This document shows, in pieces, positions 1 to 10,751 of a DNA stretch of 64,000 nucleotides. This DNA comes from Azolla caroliniana (taxonomy: Eukaryota; Plantae; Polypodiophyta), in the NCBI GenBank assembly GCA_043228905.1, contig JBHGNT010000001.1, positions 9,362,001-9,426,000 on the forward strand. Direction: 5' to 3'. Under the pieces are notes generated by a model. It made no database searches and was not told the origin of the DNA. It saw nothing but the letters and a program-made list of their open reading frames with translations. Positions within the stretch are counted from its first letter, which is position 1. Each line of letters begins with the position of its first letter. Position numbers and translations under genes: made by a program.

Positions 1-2559
1 CATCCGCCCAGCCAATTGCCGCCCATGAAGAAATCGTCAGGTCGATCGGCATGATTGGCTTCTGCCCGTACATCACCTCTACCGGCATGAAACCGGTCAC
101 TGAGCTGTGCGTAGTTCGGTCCGCCCACAATGTGTAAGGTAGGAGCCTCGGCCAATTCCCGACTTGCCCTTCGCACGCTCGTACTAACGCCTTTACGACT
201 GGCCCTATTCACGCTCTATCTTCCCGTTCGCCTCTGGATTGTATGCCGTAGTGACGGAGAGTTTTACCCCTAACCAGCTGAACAACTCTTCAGCCTCTTC
301 CGCATCCAGTTCTCCCCGGTCAACCACGATCTTCCCTACGTAGCCGTATCGACAGATCACCTCCTCGATTAGGAACCGGCACACGGCGGTAGTCGTCTTG
401 TTCTGCAGTGCATGGCCCTCCACCTAGGTCGTCAGGTCTTCTCGCGCAAGCACCAGATACCGCATCTGCCCTATCCCCATCGACATCGTCACTAAGTTCA
501 CCATCCATTTGAAATGGACAGTCATTGGGTAGGTCGGGTGCAACTCATCTCTGTGCCGGATTGTGGAATGCATCTGACAGCTCTTACAGGTCGTCACGAA
601 CCGGTGCGTGGCCCACGTCCCGCGGTGTCCGGCCCAAGGACTCTCATGATATGCCGACAATAGTGCCTCATGCTCTTCCCTCCTCACTACTATGTGGAGT
701 GGAACGTTGTTACACTTCTTCGGGTGCCTCCATATACTCCTGTTCCGCAGGAAGAACCGGTACGCCTTCTTCCGGATCCTGTTCGCCTCGTCCTTCGTCC
801 ATGCCGCATCCGACGTTAAAGTTTTTAGGAACCCGCCAATCCAGAGCCACTCCCCGTCGTACTCGTTCTTGTTGAACTCATTGAGTGCCGGAGTGCTCCC
901 CTCCCTTGCTGCTATGTGAGCCAATTCGAAGATGTCTACGCCGACTTCTTCATCTTCAGAGACCATGCCATCATCGTTGTCAAATCACGCTCTCGAAAGC
1001 ATATCGGCCATGGCATTGTCTTTCCCAGAGATGTGCCGTATCTCCGGATTCAAGGACTTGATGTAAGCGATCCACCTGAGCATAGCTAAGTCTGGAGTCG
1101 TGCATCCGAAGACCATACCTAGGATAGATAGGCAGTTCGTCTCGATTATTACCTTCGTCCCGATCAGATAGTCTTTGTTAGCCTTGACTGCCGAAACGAT
1201 ACCCTAGAGTTTGCGTTTAACCTGGGCTTATCCTCGCTGGCGCTCACTCAATACCTTCGCCCTGAACCGGATGGGGAACCTCGCACCATTCTCATCCTCC
1301 TGATTGACCACCCATTCGATCTTGGTCAGGGTTGTGTCCACGATCACATAAACTGGAACCCCCTTTTCGTAAACCACTTTCTAGAGGGTTGGTGCCACGG
1401 TTATCACCTCTTTTAACCTCTTGACTGACTCCGCGTGCTCCTCGTTCCATTCGAACTTACGACCCCTTTTCAGTAACCTGTAGAGCGGTTGCGCGACGTG
1501 TGCGTAATGTGGAATCCAGATGTGGTAGAACGTGCACGCACCGAGAAACCTCCGGACCTCTATAACCGACTTGCGTTCTTCCTTCATCACGAAGATGGCC
1601 TCCACCTTTGCCGGAGACGGTTTCCGGCCATAAGGCCGCACAAGTGTCCAACCACCAAGATTTCGGATTGCTCGAAAGCCGACTTCTCTCTGGAGAAGGT
1701 GAGCTGCGCACTCTCAAGCCTCTGTAGCACCTTTTCGTAGTCGTCGATGTGGTCCACCACGAATCTCTGGCATCCGTCCGGGCCCAACTGATTCATCCTT
1801 ATCTTCCATTGGACATCGCTTGATCGGGATGTTGTCCAAGAATGGCATTTTGATGCCCGGGATGCAGTCCCTCAACACCTTGTTCATCACATTCACCATG
1901 TGCGCTACCGAGTTCGTCCCTCCTTGCGATAGGGTACAAATCCGCACTAAGCCAAGAGGAGTCCGCATTGTCGTAATATCCCTGCTCTCTACAGCTAGTT
2001 GGAATTGGTCATATCCCGAATATAGATCGTCAACCGAATAGATCGACCTTCCAGTGAAGGCTTCTGTGAACTCATCAATGGTCGGCCTGATTCCCGCGTT
2101 TCGAATGGTCACTTTATTGACCGGTTGCAGGTCTTGAATGAAGCGCACTATGCTGTTCTTCTTTGGCATCGTAAACCACCGATTTGAATATGGGGCACTC
2201 GACGGCTCGAGGATGCCCATCTCCACCTTTTGCTTTAGTAGCTCCATCAGCTTCGGGATGTGAGCTCTAGGTATCGGAATTGGCTTGAGGTTCCACGACA
2301 CATGCGGTACCGTGAAGATAACCATCGGCTCCACGATTATCGGGTCCACGCACCCGATCTCATTCGGTGAGAATGCGAAGGCCTTCCTGTGCCTCATGAG
2401 CATCCTCTGAAACCGGTCCTCCTCCGCCGGCAGTAGAAAGCCACTCCCACCGATCTTGAGCTCCCGTAGCGTGTCGTCGGTAAACCGGTGCCCTATGTCA
2501 GCCATATTCTGGAAACTTGGGTTTGACGCGACCCCCTTCATCCGCTCCTTGCTGCCCTT
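1..2559 (-). mobile_element. Degenerate Ty3/Gypsy pol region (RT, RNase H, integrase); continues beyond the window start
   Basis: ORF fragments in Gypsy order on the minus strand: RT (PYSNRWF, DLYSGYDQFQL, QGGTNS, PFLDN), RT/RNase H connection (VRRFLGAC...HYAHVAQPLYRLL), integrase H2C2 (YHESPWAGHRG...CKSCQ) and core (DRGE...TTAYNPEANGKIER). Multiple stops and frameshifts. Confidence 0.93.
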
Positions 2560-2710
2560 TGTCAAAGACATGACAAAATGATTTGAACTCTTGACCTCTT
2601 GTATATAGTCAAGTGTTGTGTTCTAACCAACACATCCAAATATATAGTCATGTTATGTATATCTTAGTACATTATTAGTAGGTTATCTATTTCAAGTTCT
2701 AAGAGTTTTT

Positions 2711-2799
2711 AGAAAGTTCTAGAACTAGAAGGTTCCAGAGGGTTCTAGAATATTCTCCCGAATATTCTAATGCATGTACTTCGACTCATAGTATAAATA
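2711..2799 (+). promoter_or_regulatory. Heat-shock element (nGAAn) array followed by a TATA box in the solo LTR U3
   Basis: aGAAagTTCtaGAAc, then aGAAggTTCcaGAGggTTCtaGAAtaTTC, then GAAtaTTC (2712-2767); TATAAATA at 2792-2799. Confidence 0.7.
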
Positions 2800-2973
2800 C
2801 TAGTAACCTCGTTGGTCCCTTTCAAGGGATTCAACGCCAGTCATTGACACGTCAATATAGTGTTCTCGTTTCACCCCATCTTGTCTCCTTGAGTTTTATC
2901 TCTTTCTTCCTCGTCACTTCTAGCTCCAAGTTCAAAGCCCGTTGCTCATAGTACCATCATCCATGGTCCGTCC

Positions 2974-3061
2974 TGTTGGAGACAAAGTCGTCTATGCGGA
3001 AGATCAAGAAGCATTCGATTGCTGTTCTGAATACCTGCGTATGACAGTTTGTAGGTCGTTT

Positions 3062-3105
<44 letters not shown>

Positions 3106-3283
3106 CAGAGAGGCACAAAAGACTTTCTTTTCATAAAGCAATAATACAACACCCAACCTTACAAAAAGGTTACAAGGTCACTATATATAGTGACCGACTT
3201 AGGGCAACTACCCTTTATGCTAATTACATAAATGGCCAAAACGGGATAGTGTGAATACGTCCATTATACACATGTATTCGACA
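2974..3283 (-). repeat. 3' LTR of the intact Copia (310 bp)
   Basis: TGTTGG...TCGACA; matches 8163-8466 by eye except in the (AG)n tract. Adjacent PPT reads ACGGGGGAG on the minus strand (3284-3292). Confidence 0.97.
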
Positions 3284-3476
3284 CTCCCCCGTAATGGGCG
3301 TATACATGGGTTATCTAAGATTACAGGTATAGACTTAGGTTCTCGGACATATCAGCTTTGTTCGAGTCGGCAGGGTCCGAAGGCAGAAGACCGAACTGGT
3401 CGGGTCGGAACAGTTGAAGCCGATCATTAAGGAACTGATGTCGGTTGTCGGGAACCATCCTGCTCTATGTCCGGCT

Positions 3477-6400
3477 CTAACCGGACTGGTTTGTCGTTAC
3501 GCCCATCTGATGCCGAAGAGACCGAAAACGGTCTGCCGAAAGACACTTGGTCATTCCATCTGCGACATTGTCGGTTGTGGATATTTTCTCTAGACCGATT
3601 TTCCCTGAAATGACGCAGTCCCGAACGAAGTGATATCGAACGTCGATATGTTTGGAGGCGTTGTGGTGAACCGGATTTTTCAACAAGGCAACAACACCTT
3701 GACTGTCGCTGTAGACAACTGGAGCCGAGTCATGGTCGACTTGTCGAAACGTGTGCGCCAGCCGACCGAGCCACAAAGCTTCTTTTGCTGCGTCGGACGC
3801 AGCTACATATTCTGCTTCGGTCGTTGAGGTCGCTGTGCACTCCTGAAGTTTCGACTTCCACGAGATTGCTCCATTGCCGAATTTGAAGCAGTATCCGGTT
3901 GTTGATTTCCGACTGTCTATACAGCCGGCAAAGTCCGAGTCGGTGTAACCGACTACGCCTGAGGTTCGGTTCGGACCGAAAAGAATGCCGTGGTCTTTTG
4001 TGCCAGCCAGATATCTGAACACATGCTTGACTGCGTTCCAATGCGATCGACCAGGATTGTGCATAAATCTGTTAACGACTCCTACGGCGTGAGAAATATC
4101 AGGCCGTGTCGCGACCATCAGGTACATAAGGGAGCCGACTGCCGGTGCATACGGTACCGACTTCATATCTTCCCCCTCCGGACCGGATGTCGGGCAGTCT
4201 CGCTGAGAGAGCCGAAGATTCATGGGGAGCGGGGTTGAAGCAGATTTGGCTGATTGCATGTTGAAGCGTTCTAAGACACGTCGGGTATAGTCGGTCTGAG
4301 ACAAAAAAAGATGTCGTTTATCGCGATGCCGACTAATCTTCATGCCAAGGATGTGTCGTGCCGGACCGAGGTCCTTCATGGCAAACTTCAACCGCAGTTG
4401 CCGAATGAGATCGGCAAGTTCGCCCGCGTGGCGTCCAGAAATTAGCATGTCGTCCACGTAAATGATGAGGAAGATGGGTGATCCATCTTGAGCTGTGTTG
4501 GTGAAAAGACAATGGTCCTCATCGCTTTTTGAGAAGCCGATCGATTGGATGAAGTCGTCGAACTTCTTGTACCATTGTCGCGGTGCCTGTTTGAGGCCGT
4601 ATAGACTCTTCCTGAGTCGGCAGACTAGATGTTCTTGGCCAGTCGCCACGAAGCCTTTTGGCTGCTCCATATAAATTTCCTCGTCAAGATCACTATGGAG
4701 GAAGGCTGTTTTGACATCTAGCTGAATCAGCTCCAAGTTGTCGGCTGCCACTACGCCGAGTAGAAAACGGAGGGTTGTCATTTTCACCACTGGTGAAAAA
4801 ATCTCGTCGAAGTCGACGCCATATTCTTGTCGGAAGCCCTTCGCAACTAATCTGGCCTTGTACTTTGGGGTGGTCGAATCAGACGTCTCTTTTAGTCGAT
4901 AAACCCACTTGCAAGGAAGAGCACGTCGGTTCCTAGGTAATTCAACCAGATCCCAAGTCTTGTTTGCCCGAATGGAGTGCATTTCCGACTCCATCGCCAG
5001 ATGCCAGGTGGCTGAATCGACAGATGTCGATGCTTCTTCGTAAGACGTCGGTTCGCCGGCGTCGGTGAAGAAAATTCCAGGAGAATACCTCTCCGGAGGT
5101 TGCGACAGTCTCTCGGATCGGCGAGGTAAGATTGGACTGGTCGCATCGGGTATCAAGGTCGGATGGTCCGAAAGCGGATTGTTCTGCTGTGCCGAGTCGG
5201 GGTTGTCCGAGTCGGTAGTGTAAGGTTCAGCTACCCGTGAAGCTGACCGTGTGTTGAGAGCAGGGCCTTCTTGAAGGGTCGGCACATCGGAAAATGTTAC
5301 CCTTCGGACTTCGATCGGTTTTTCGACTGATGGATTCATAGCCGACTCGTTGAACACAACGTCCGAACTTCGAACGATTTGTCTGCGTTCGGGGTCCCAG
5401 AGTCGGTATCCCATTTCGCCGTCGGATCCATATCCAAGGAAAATGCATTTCCTGGACCGAGGTGCAAGTTTTCGGCGATCATCTTTCGGAATAAGGGCGT
5501 ACGCCTCGCATCCGAAAATCCTCAGCTTGTCGTAATTCGGCTTACTGCCGATCCATAGTTCTTGAGGAATTTGAAGTCCTAGAGGTCTACTTGGCGACAT
5601 ATTGATTATGTGTGCTGCCGTGAGTAGAGCCTCTGCCCAGAAGCCATCCGATAGTCCGGAGTGTTGGAGCATGGAAACTATCCGTTCTTGGATTGTCCGA
5701 TTCATGCGTTCGGCAATCCCGTTTTGCTCCGGACTGTGTGGTGCCGTAAATTCACGTCGAATGCCGCGTTGTCGGCAGAATTTGACGAATTCTTCGGATT
5801 TAAACTCTCCCCCATTGTCTGTCCGAAAGCATTTCAGCTTTCGGTCGGTTTGATTTTCTACCATAGCGAGCCAATCGGTGAAGATCGAGAAGACCCGATC
5901 TTTGGTGCGAATTGGATAAGCCCACACCTTTCGAGTCGAATCGTCAATAAAAGTGACGAAGTAAGAGGCACCGCCGAGAGACTGATGCGGCATTGGGCCA
6001 CAGACGTCCGAGTGGACCAAATCAAGAGGTCTCGTTTCTCTTGGTGCTGATGTCGGGTGTGATGCGGCTGCTTGTTTGCCATACTGGCAATGCTCGCAGA
6101 ATTGATGGTCCGAGAAGGAGAGTTTGGGGATGTATCCGGCTCTAGATAGGTGCGTGATGCCGGCCTTGCTGAGGTGTCCTAATCTTCGGTGCCATAATGA
6201 TGACACAGGAATATCCACCAAAAACAGGTTACCCTCTCTGAGCGTAACATGTAACGGATACAGGGAGTGTATCTTGGGTCCTCTAGCAAGCAGGAGGTTC
6301 CCCCTGTGGAGTGTCCACCCTCCCGAAGAAAAACCGGCACGAATGCCGTCTTCATCTAGTTGTCCGACTGAGATCAATGGCCTTGAGAGCTCGGGTACAT

Positions 6401-7490
6401 GTCGGACATTGTGGAGTACAAGTGTAGAGCCACCTGCAAGGTTGAGCTCTACTGTGCCGATTCCGATGATGTCACAGTGTTGTGAGTTCCCGACTCGAAC
6501 TGAGTCGGAGTGACGGATCGTATATTGCCGAAATTGGGATCGATGAGGAGTCACGTGAAATGACGCGCCCGAATCTAAGAGCCATGTGCTCGATTCTTCA
6601 GTCGTGAGTAGAACTTCTGATCCGACTGGATTTTCGATTGATAGTATATTCGGGTCGTCCGGTAGTACATCAGCTGAGAAGCTGACGTAATTGATCTCCT
6701 CATGCCGGCCACTCTTCTTGTTGTTCTTGTTCTTGAGTGCGCGGCAGTCGGCTTTGATGTGTCCGGGTTTCTTGCAATAGTTGCAGATTCGGTTATCCCG
6801 TGACTGGCTCCGTCTTCGCTGATTGTTCGGCGGCCGTGAGGAATCTCTTCCTCGTATGTTCGATCGGTCTGTCGAACCTTGTACTACGTAAGCGTCGTCT
6901 GTTGAGTCTTTGGCGAAAGACTTTCTCCGAGCTGCTTCGGTCAGGATTGCGCTCGTGACTTCGGAGTATTTAACAGCCGTGGTTGACGGGTTGCACACGG
7001 TTGTGACGAAAGTTTCCCATGATGAGGGAAGGCTGCTCATGAGTATCATTGCTCTGAGTTCATCCTCGATTGCCGTCCCCTGTGATGAGATTTGGGAGCT
7101 TATGCTTTCGTACTCATTGAGGTGTGCTTGAACCGAATCGGATTCTTTCATCCGCAAGTTGTAGAGGCGCCGGATCAGAAACATCTTCGTTGCGGCGACC
7201 TTCTTTTCGTAAGTGTCCGACAGTGTTTTCCACAGTTCGAATGCTGTCGTACACGATTGCACCGTAAAGTATACCGATTCCGATAGGTGCATCCGAATCG
7301 TGGCGCGGACGATTCTGTCCAGCTTCTGCCACTCAATTGGTTTGTATCCTTCTGGAGGTTCTTCATTTTCGATGGGATCGATTTGCCCCTTGACTATGAG
7401 ATAGTCCTGCATTTGTTCCTTCCAGAAGTTGAAGTTCGATCCATCGAACTTTCGTAGACTCATTTCTGACGAGCCGGATGTTGATGCCAT
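3477..7490 (-). CDS. Copia gag-pol polyprotein (gag, zinc knuckle, protease, integrase, RT, RNase H), 1337 aa from the ATG
   Basis: CNYCKKPGHIKADC knuckle; WLLDSGAS protease; WHRRLGH...CEHC; VHSDVCGP/TDNGGEF/QNGIAER integrase; LYGLKQAPR, YVDD RT; YTDSD...TTEAEY...NVADGMTK RNase H. No internal stop. Confidence 0.97.
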   Translation of the reverse strand: MASTSGSSEMSLRKFDGSNFNFWKEQMQDYLIVKGQIDPIENEEPPEGYKPIEWQKLDRIVRATIRMHLSESVYFTVQSCTTAFELWKTLSDTYEKKVAATKMFLIRRLYNLRMKESDSVQAHLNEYESISSQISSQGTAIEDELRAMILMSSLPSSWETFVTTVCNPSTTAVKYSEVTSAILTEAARRKSFAKDSTDDAYVVQGSTDRSNIRGRDSSRPPNNQRRRSQSRDNRICNYCKKPGHIKADCRALKNKNNKKSGRHEEINYVSFSADVLPDDPNILSIENPVGSEVLLTTEESSTWLLDSGASFHVTPHRSQFRQYTIRHSDSVRVGNSQHCDIIGIGTVELNLAGGSTLVLHNVRHVPELSRPLISVGQLDEDGIRAGFSSGGWTLHRGNLLLARGPKIHSLYPLHVTLREGNLFLVDIPVSSLWHRRLGHLSKAGITHLSRAGYIPKLSFSDHQFCEHCQYGKQAAASHPTSAPRETRPLDLVHSDVCGPMPHQSLGGASYFVTFIDDSTRKVWAYPIRTKDRVFSIFTDWLAMVENQTDRKLKCFRTDNGGEFKSEEFVKFCRQRGIRREFTAPHSPEQNGIAERMNRTIQERIVSMLQHSGLSDGFWAEALLTAAHIINMSPSRPLGLQIPQELWIGSKPNYDKLRIFGCEAYALIPKDDRRKLAPRSRKCIFLGYGSDGEMGYRLWDPERRQIVRSSDVVFNESAMNPSVEKPIEVRRVTFSDVPTLQEGPALNTRSASRVAEPYTTDSDNPDSAQQNNPLSDHPTLIPDATSPILPRRSERLSQPPERYSPGIFFTDAGEPTSYEEASTSVDSATWHLAMESEMHSIRANKTWDLVELPRNRRALPCKWVYRLKETSDSTTPKYKARLVAKGFRQEYGVDFDEIFSPVVKMTTLRFLLGVVAADNLELIQLDVKTAFLHSDLDEEIYMEQPKGFVATGQEHLVCRLRKSLYGLKQAPRQWYKKFDDFIQSIGFSKSDEDHCLFTNTAQDGSPIFLIIYVDDMLISGRHAGELADLIRQLRLKFAMKDLGPARHILGMKISRHRDKRHLFLSQTDYTRRVLERFNMQSAKSASTPLPMNLRLSQRDCPTSGPEGEDMKSVPYAPAVGSLMYLMVATRPDISHAVGVVNRFMHNPGRSHWNAVKHVFRYLAGTKDHGILFGPNRTSGVVGYTDSDFAGCIDSRKSTTGYCFKFGNGAISWKSKLQECTATSTTEAEYVAASDAAKEALWLGRLAHTFRQVDHDSAPVVYSDSQGVVALLKNPVHHNASKHIDVRYHFVRDCVISGKIGLEKISTTDNVADGMTKCLSADRFRSLRHQMGVTTNQSG

Positions 7491-8148
7491 CAAATTCGGT
7501 TTTGGTTGACGAAGCTCGGTTCGGAGTTGACTACGAACCTTGTTGGAGTGCAGCCAGTTGGCTCACCCGATATCGTTCTAGTCGGATTTGAACCCGAGTC
7601 GGTTCGGCTTCGGAACTTGCTCGAATTGACTCCGGTAACTTGAGGGACAGAACCGACTGGTCTTCCCGAATGTTGCCGAGTCGGAGTGAGCCCGGTTCGC
7701 TTCGGATATATATGCCGAATACCGATTATTGAAACCGATTATCTGGACCGATTTTGCTTCGGGTGGCTGCAGCGACGAGAGAGACAGATCCAACTGATCC
7801 TCCCGAATGTCGATCAGCCGGATGAAGCGCGAATTGGGGTTGTTGTCTTGAGACCGATCTGCACCGAGTGGTTACAACGAGCGGCGAGCAGCGTTTAATG
7901 ACCTTTTCGGATGCCGTTTAACCGAGTGGAGCACGATCATGTCAAAGTTGCACAAGGGGATTTCACCTCGAGCGGTTACGATCACAAGGAACGGAGTACA
8001 ACCTGCTGGCTTACTCCAAGCAAAGATGATCTAACGCGATGAGATGCAGGCCTCGTTTTTCTTCTTCTTCTCTCTTCTTCGAATGACGCAGGAAACCGAA
8101 TGCTGAGACGACGGCCGACAGCGGATTGAAGGACCGACTACTGTGCAG

Positions 8149-8160
8149 GCTCTGATACCA
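8149..8160 (-). other. Primer-binding site (tRNA-iMet) of the intact Copia
   Basis: TGGTATCAGAGC on the minus strand, 2 nt inside the 5' LTR end. Confidence 0.95.
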
Positions 8161-8162
8161 GA

Positions 8163-8258
8163 TGTTGGAGACAAAGTCGTCTATGCGGAAGATCAAGAAG
8201 CATTCGATTGCTGTTCTGAATACCTGCGTATGACAGTTTGTAGGTCGTTTCACAGAGA

Positions 8259-8295
<37 letters not shown>

Positions 8296-8466
8296 GCACA
8301 AAAGACTTTCTTTTCATAAAGCAATAATACAACACCCAACCTTACAAAAAGGTTACAAGGTCACTATATATAGTGACCGACTTAGGGCAACTACCCTTTA
8401 TGCTAATTACATAAATGGCCAAAACGGGATAGTGTGAATACGTCCATTATACACATGTATTCGACA
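8163..8466 (-). repeat. 5' LTR of the intact Copia (304 bp)
   Basis: Direct repeat of 2974-3283, followed on the minus strand by the PBS. Confidence 0.97.
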
Positions 8467-8498
8467 CGTCCTAGTCCACTCTTGGTGTGTCCGTGACA

Positions 8499-10312
8499 CC
8501 CTCTGACAAGGGTGCCGCGATTGGCCGCACCTTCCGGTCCATAGTCTTGTACCTCGTGTCTACGCGGGCCAACCAATCCGACCCGACCTTCTCCCCGAAG
8601 TCCGCAATGACTTCGTACATTTCCAAGGAATCGACCGAAATCACCCAGTCTTCACTCAGGCCTTCTTCGACAACCTTCCCGATCTCTCCAAGGGTGTCGT
8701 AGAATGAGATCGCCTCCACGGCACGGCTAATCTCACCGTCGGAGGTAAGGGCCCCGCACAACCTAAGACACTCCTCGACCCTCTTCTTTTCCCGGCCGCC
8801 GATGCCAGTTATCGTAAAACTTCCGCTGTCGGAGAACCAAAATCTCCTACCTATGGTACATGTGTGGGGTTTCTCTGGGGTGTCCGGACTATCGCGGCCC
8901 CACGCCTTGATAGCCCTCTTTAAAAATCCTCTCGGCCATCACTGCCGAGGGTCTCGTGGTTGCGCTTGTGGTTTGGTCGTACTGTCAAAAGTTGGACGGA
9001 GTAATGCACGTCCTGGCTCTTCACCCGTGCGTACGCCGAACCGTTATCCAGCACCTTGGTCTCCATACAGGCCGCCGCAATGTATGGTTTTCTGAGTATC
9101 ACCAGGTGGGAAGATGTCTCCTGCATGAAGAAGTGTTGATCTATCTCAACGTCTCCAATTTTAACGCGCACGTTTGGGCATGCTCCGTGTAGTTCCTCCG
9201 TAGTGCGCGTGACCGCGCGTATCTTCCATCCGTGCTTGGTGTTGATCAACCATTTCCCCTTTCTATAGAAGTCCATTGACATCAGGTTTATCTGGGAACC
9301 GCGGTCTATCAACGCCACCACAAGATCCTGAACGTCCCCGATCCAGACGAGGGTCTCTTTAGTAGCCATCACCCAATGCAAGTTCTAATAGTGGATCTCC
9401 GATAACTCATCCTCCAAGGCCGCGTCCTCCAAGTGCGTCGTCTGCACTTCCACGGGCTTCTCCGCCTTCGGCTCCGTCGTGAGCCTTTTATTCCTTCTTG
9501 GAACTCCTTCTTGGCGATTCCAAGCACTTCCCTCAACGACAACTCCACCTTGTTGTCGAGGATCCGTTCCTTGAGGACCTTCCGCAAGTCCGTCGTCCTT
9601 TCTATTTCCGTGCTCAGTCGGTAACATGCCTGCTTTACCCTTTCTTGCGAGCCGGGACTGCCGATGTCATTTCTCTTCGGCGCGCTTCGCGTCTCGTACC
9701 AACTAGAGGGTCCGACCCCTTTGCCCTTTCCCACCCACTTATCTTCCACCAGAACTTCGTATTTCTGACACGTGGCCTCCACGAAACCGGTCTTCTCTTC
9801 AACAAGATCGTCCCATCCCGTGACCTCTTGGACCCGCTTCTCCTCGTAGTTCGCTTCCTTCTTCCTTAGCTGCACTCCGGAGAAGCCTTCTAGCACCGAT
9901 GGCCAGAATCCGAGGTCCTTCGTCTTCTGGCCGCCATCGTTGACCCGGATGCCAGCTGACGCCGAATAGTGGATGGCTTCGACGTGCCGCGCCACGACTT
10001 CTTCCATCAACCGCTTCATTCCGCCGCGCCCGGTATTCAACTCCAGGGCTTTCCAGGTTTCGCTCTCGTGCACCCACCCATTCCAGAGGTACACTACATT
10101 GCTTTTGAGTGCCTCCATAAACTTCGCGCAATCTCTTTTGTCGTGGCCAACCGTGTCGGACCACATGCATCATTGTCCGGCTGGGGGCCTCCGGTCACGT
10201 GTCTGTTCACCACTGTCTCTCCTGGCCTGTGCGATCTGCAGATCGCGTACCATCTGCATTAGCTCTTCTAGAGCCGCTCCCCCGGATGGGCCTTTAACCA
10301 CGGCGGTTGTAA
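8499..10312 (-). mobile_element. Gag/protease part of the same degenerate Gypsy; its 5' end is missing
   Basis: Degenerate zinc knuckle (CMWSDTVGHDKRDC), LSLREVLGIAKKEF and aspartic protease LIDRGSQINLMS. The frame is continuous with the RT fragment across the nested insertions. It ends abruptly at the tandem repeat. Confidence 0.85.
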
Positions 10313-10535
10313 TGGATTCCACACTTGGCTTTGTCGCTCTTATGTATGGGATTCTTGTATGTGCTTGCAAGAAGCACACCCACACCCAAATGCAAATGCA
10401 TGTGTGAATTTACTTTTCAATGGTTTTTGTTAATCATCTTTCCAGGTTTCCCATTAATTTCCTATCATAGCATTCTTCAAGTGATGAAAATGCCATTTTC
10501 TAATGAATTCCACACTTGGCATTGTCACTCATATG
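10312..10535. repeat. ~190-bp tandem (satellite-like) repeat, left part
   Basis: Unit GATTCCACACTTGG...GCACACCCAAATGCAAATGCATG...GATGAAAA recurs at 19299-19660; the array is split by the Copia insertion. Confidence 0.85.
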
Positions 10536-10751
10536 TGTTGAGAAACAAATCATCAATCCACAAGAAGGAATGCGCTGAAATACACAATTGGGAAACACAG
10601 AAGAAAGTGTGCACAAATTTTATGTGGAAACCCTAAAGCGGGTGAAAACTACGGAGAACGGAACTTCACTATATTAGTGGATATACAATGACGGGATTAG
10701 AGTACAACACTCTCTACTCTAAGTGTATTAGCCGCGCAGGGCTCTTGACGT

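Larger units (their letters stand above)
2974..8466 (-). mobile_element. Full-length, apparently intact Ty1/Copia LTR retrotransposon (Tnt1/Tork-like)
   Basis: Two near-identical TG...CA LTRs, perfect 5-bp TSD CGTCC (2969-2973 and 8467-8471), tRNA-iMet PBS, PPT and a single uninterrupted gag-pol ORF. Confidence 0.98.
2560..8498 (+). mobile_element. Solo LTR (~0.44 kb: 2560-2973 plus 8472-8498) inserted in the Gypsy element and split by the Copia insertion
   Basis: Termini TGTCA...TGACA; flanking 5-mers CCCTT (2555-2559) and CCCTC (8499-8503). Removing it rejoins the Gypsy frame RPIAAPLSEG|SKERMKG. TATAAATA at 2792-2799. Confidence 0.85.

Noticed and set aside
3630-7404. Numerous 60-130 aa ORFs antisense or off-frame to the Copia gag-pol
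   Set aside because: Expected shadow ORFs of a GC-rich coding sequence; no motifs.
7491-8148. Possible extra ORF in the 0.65-kb Copia leader
   Set aside because: Only short ORFs (about 70 aa) without recognisable motifs; treated as 5' UTR.
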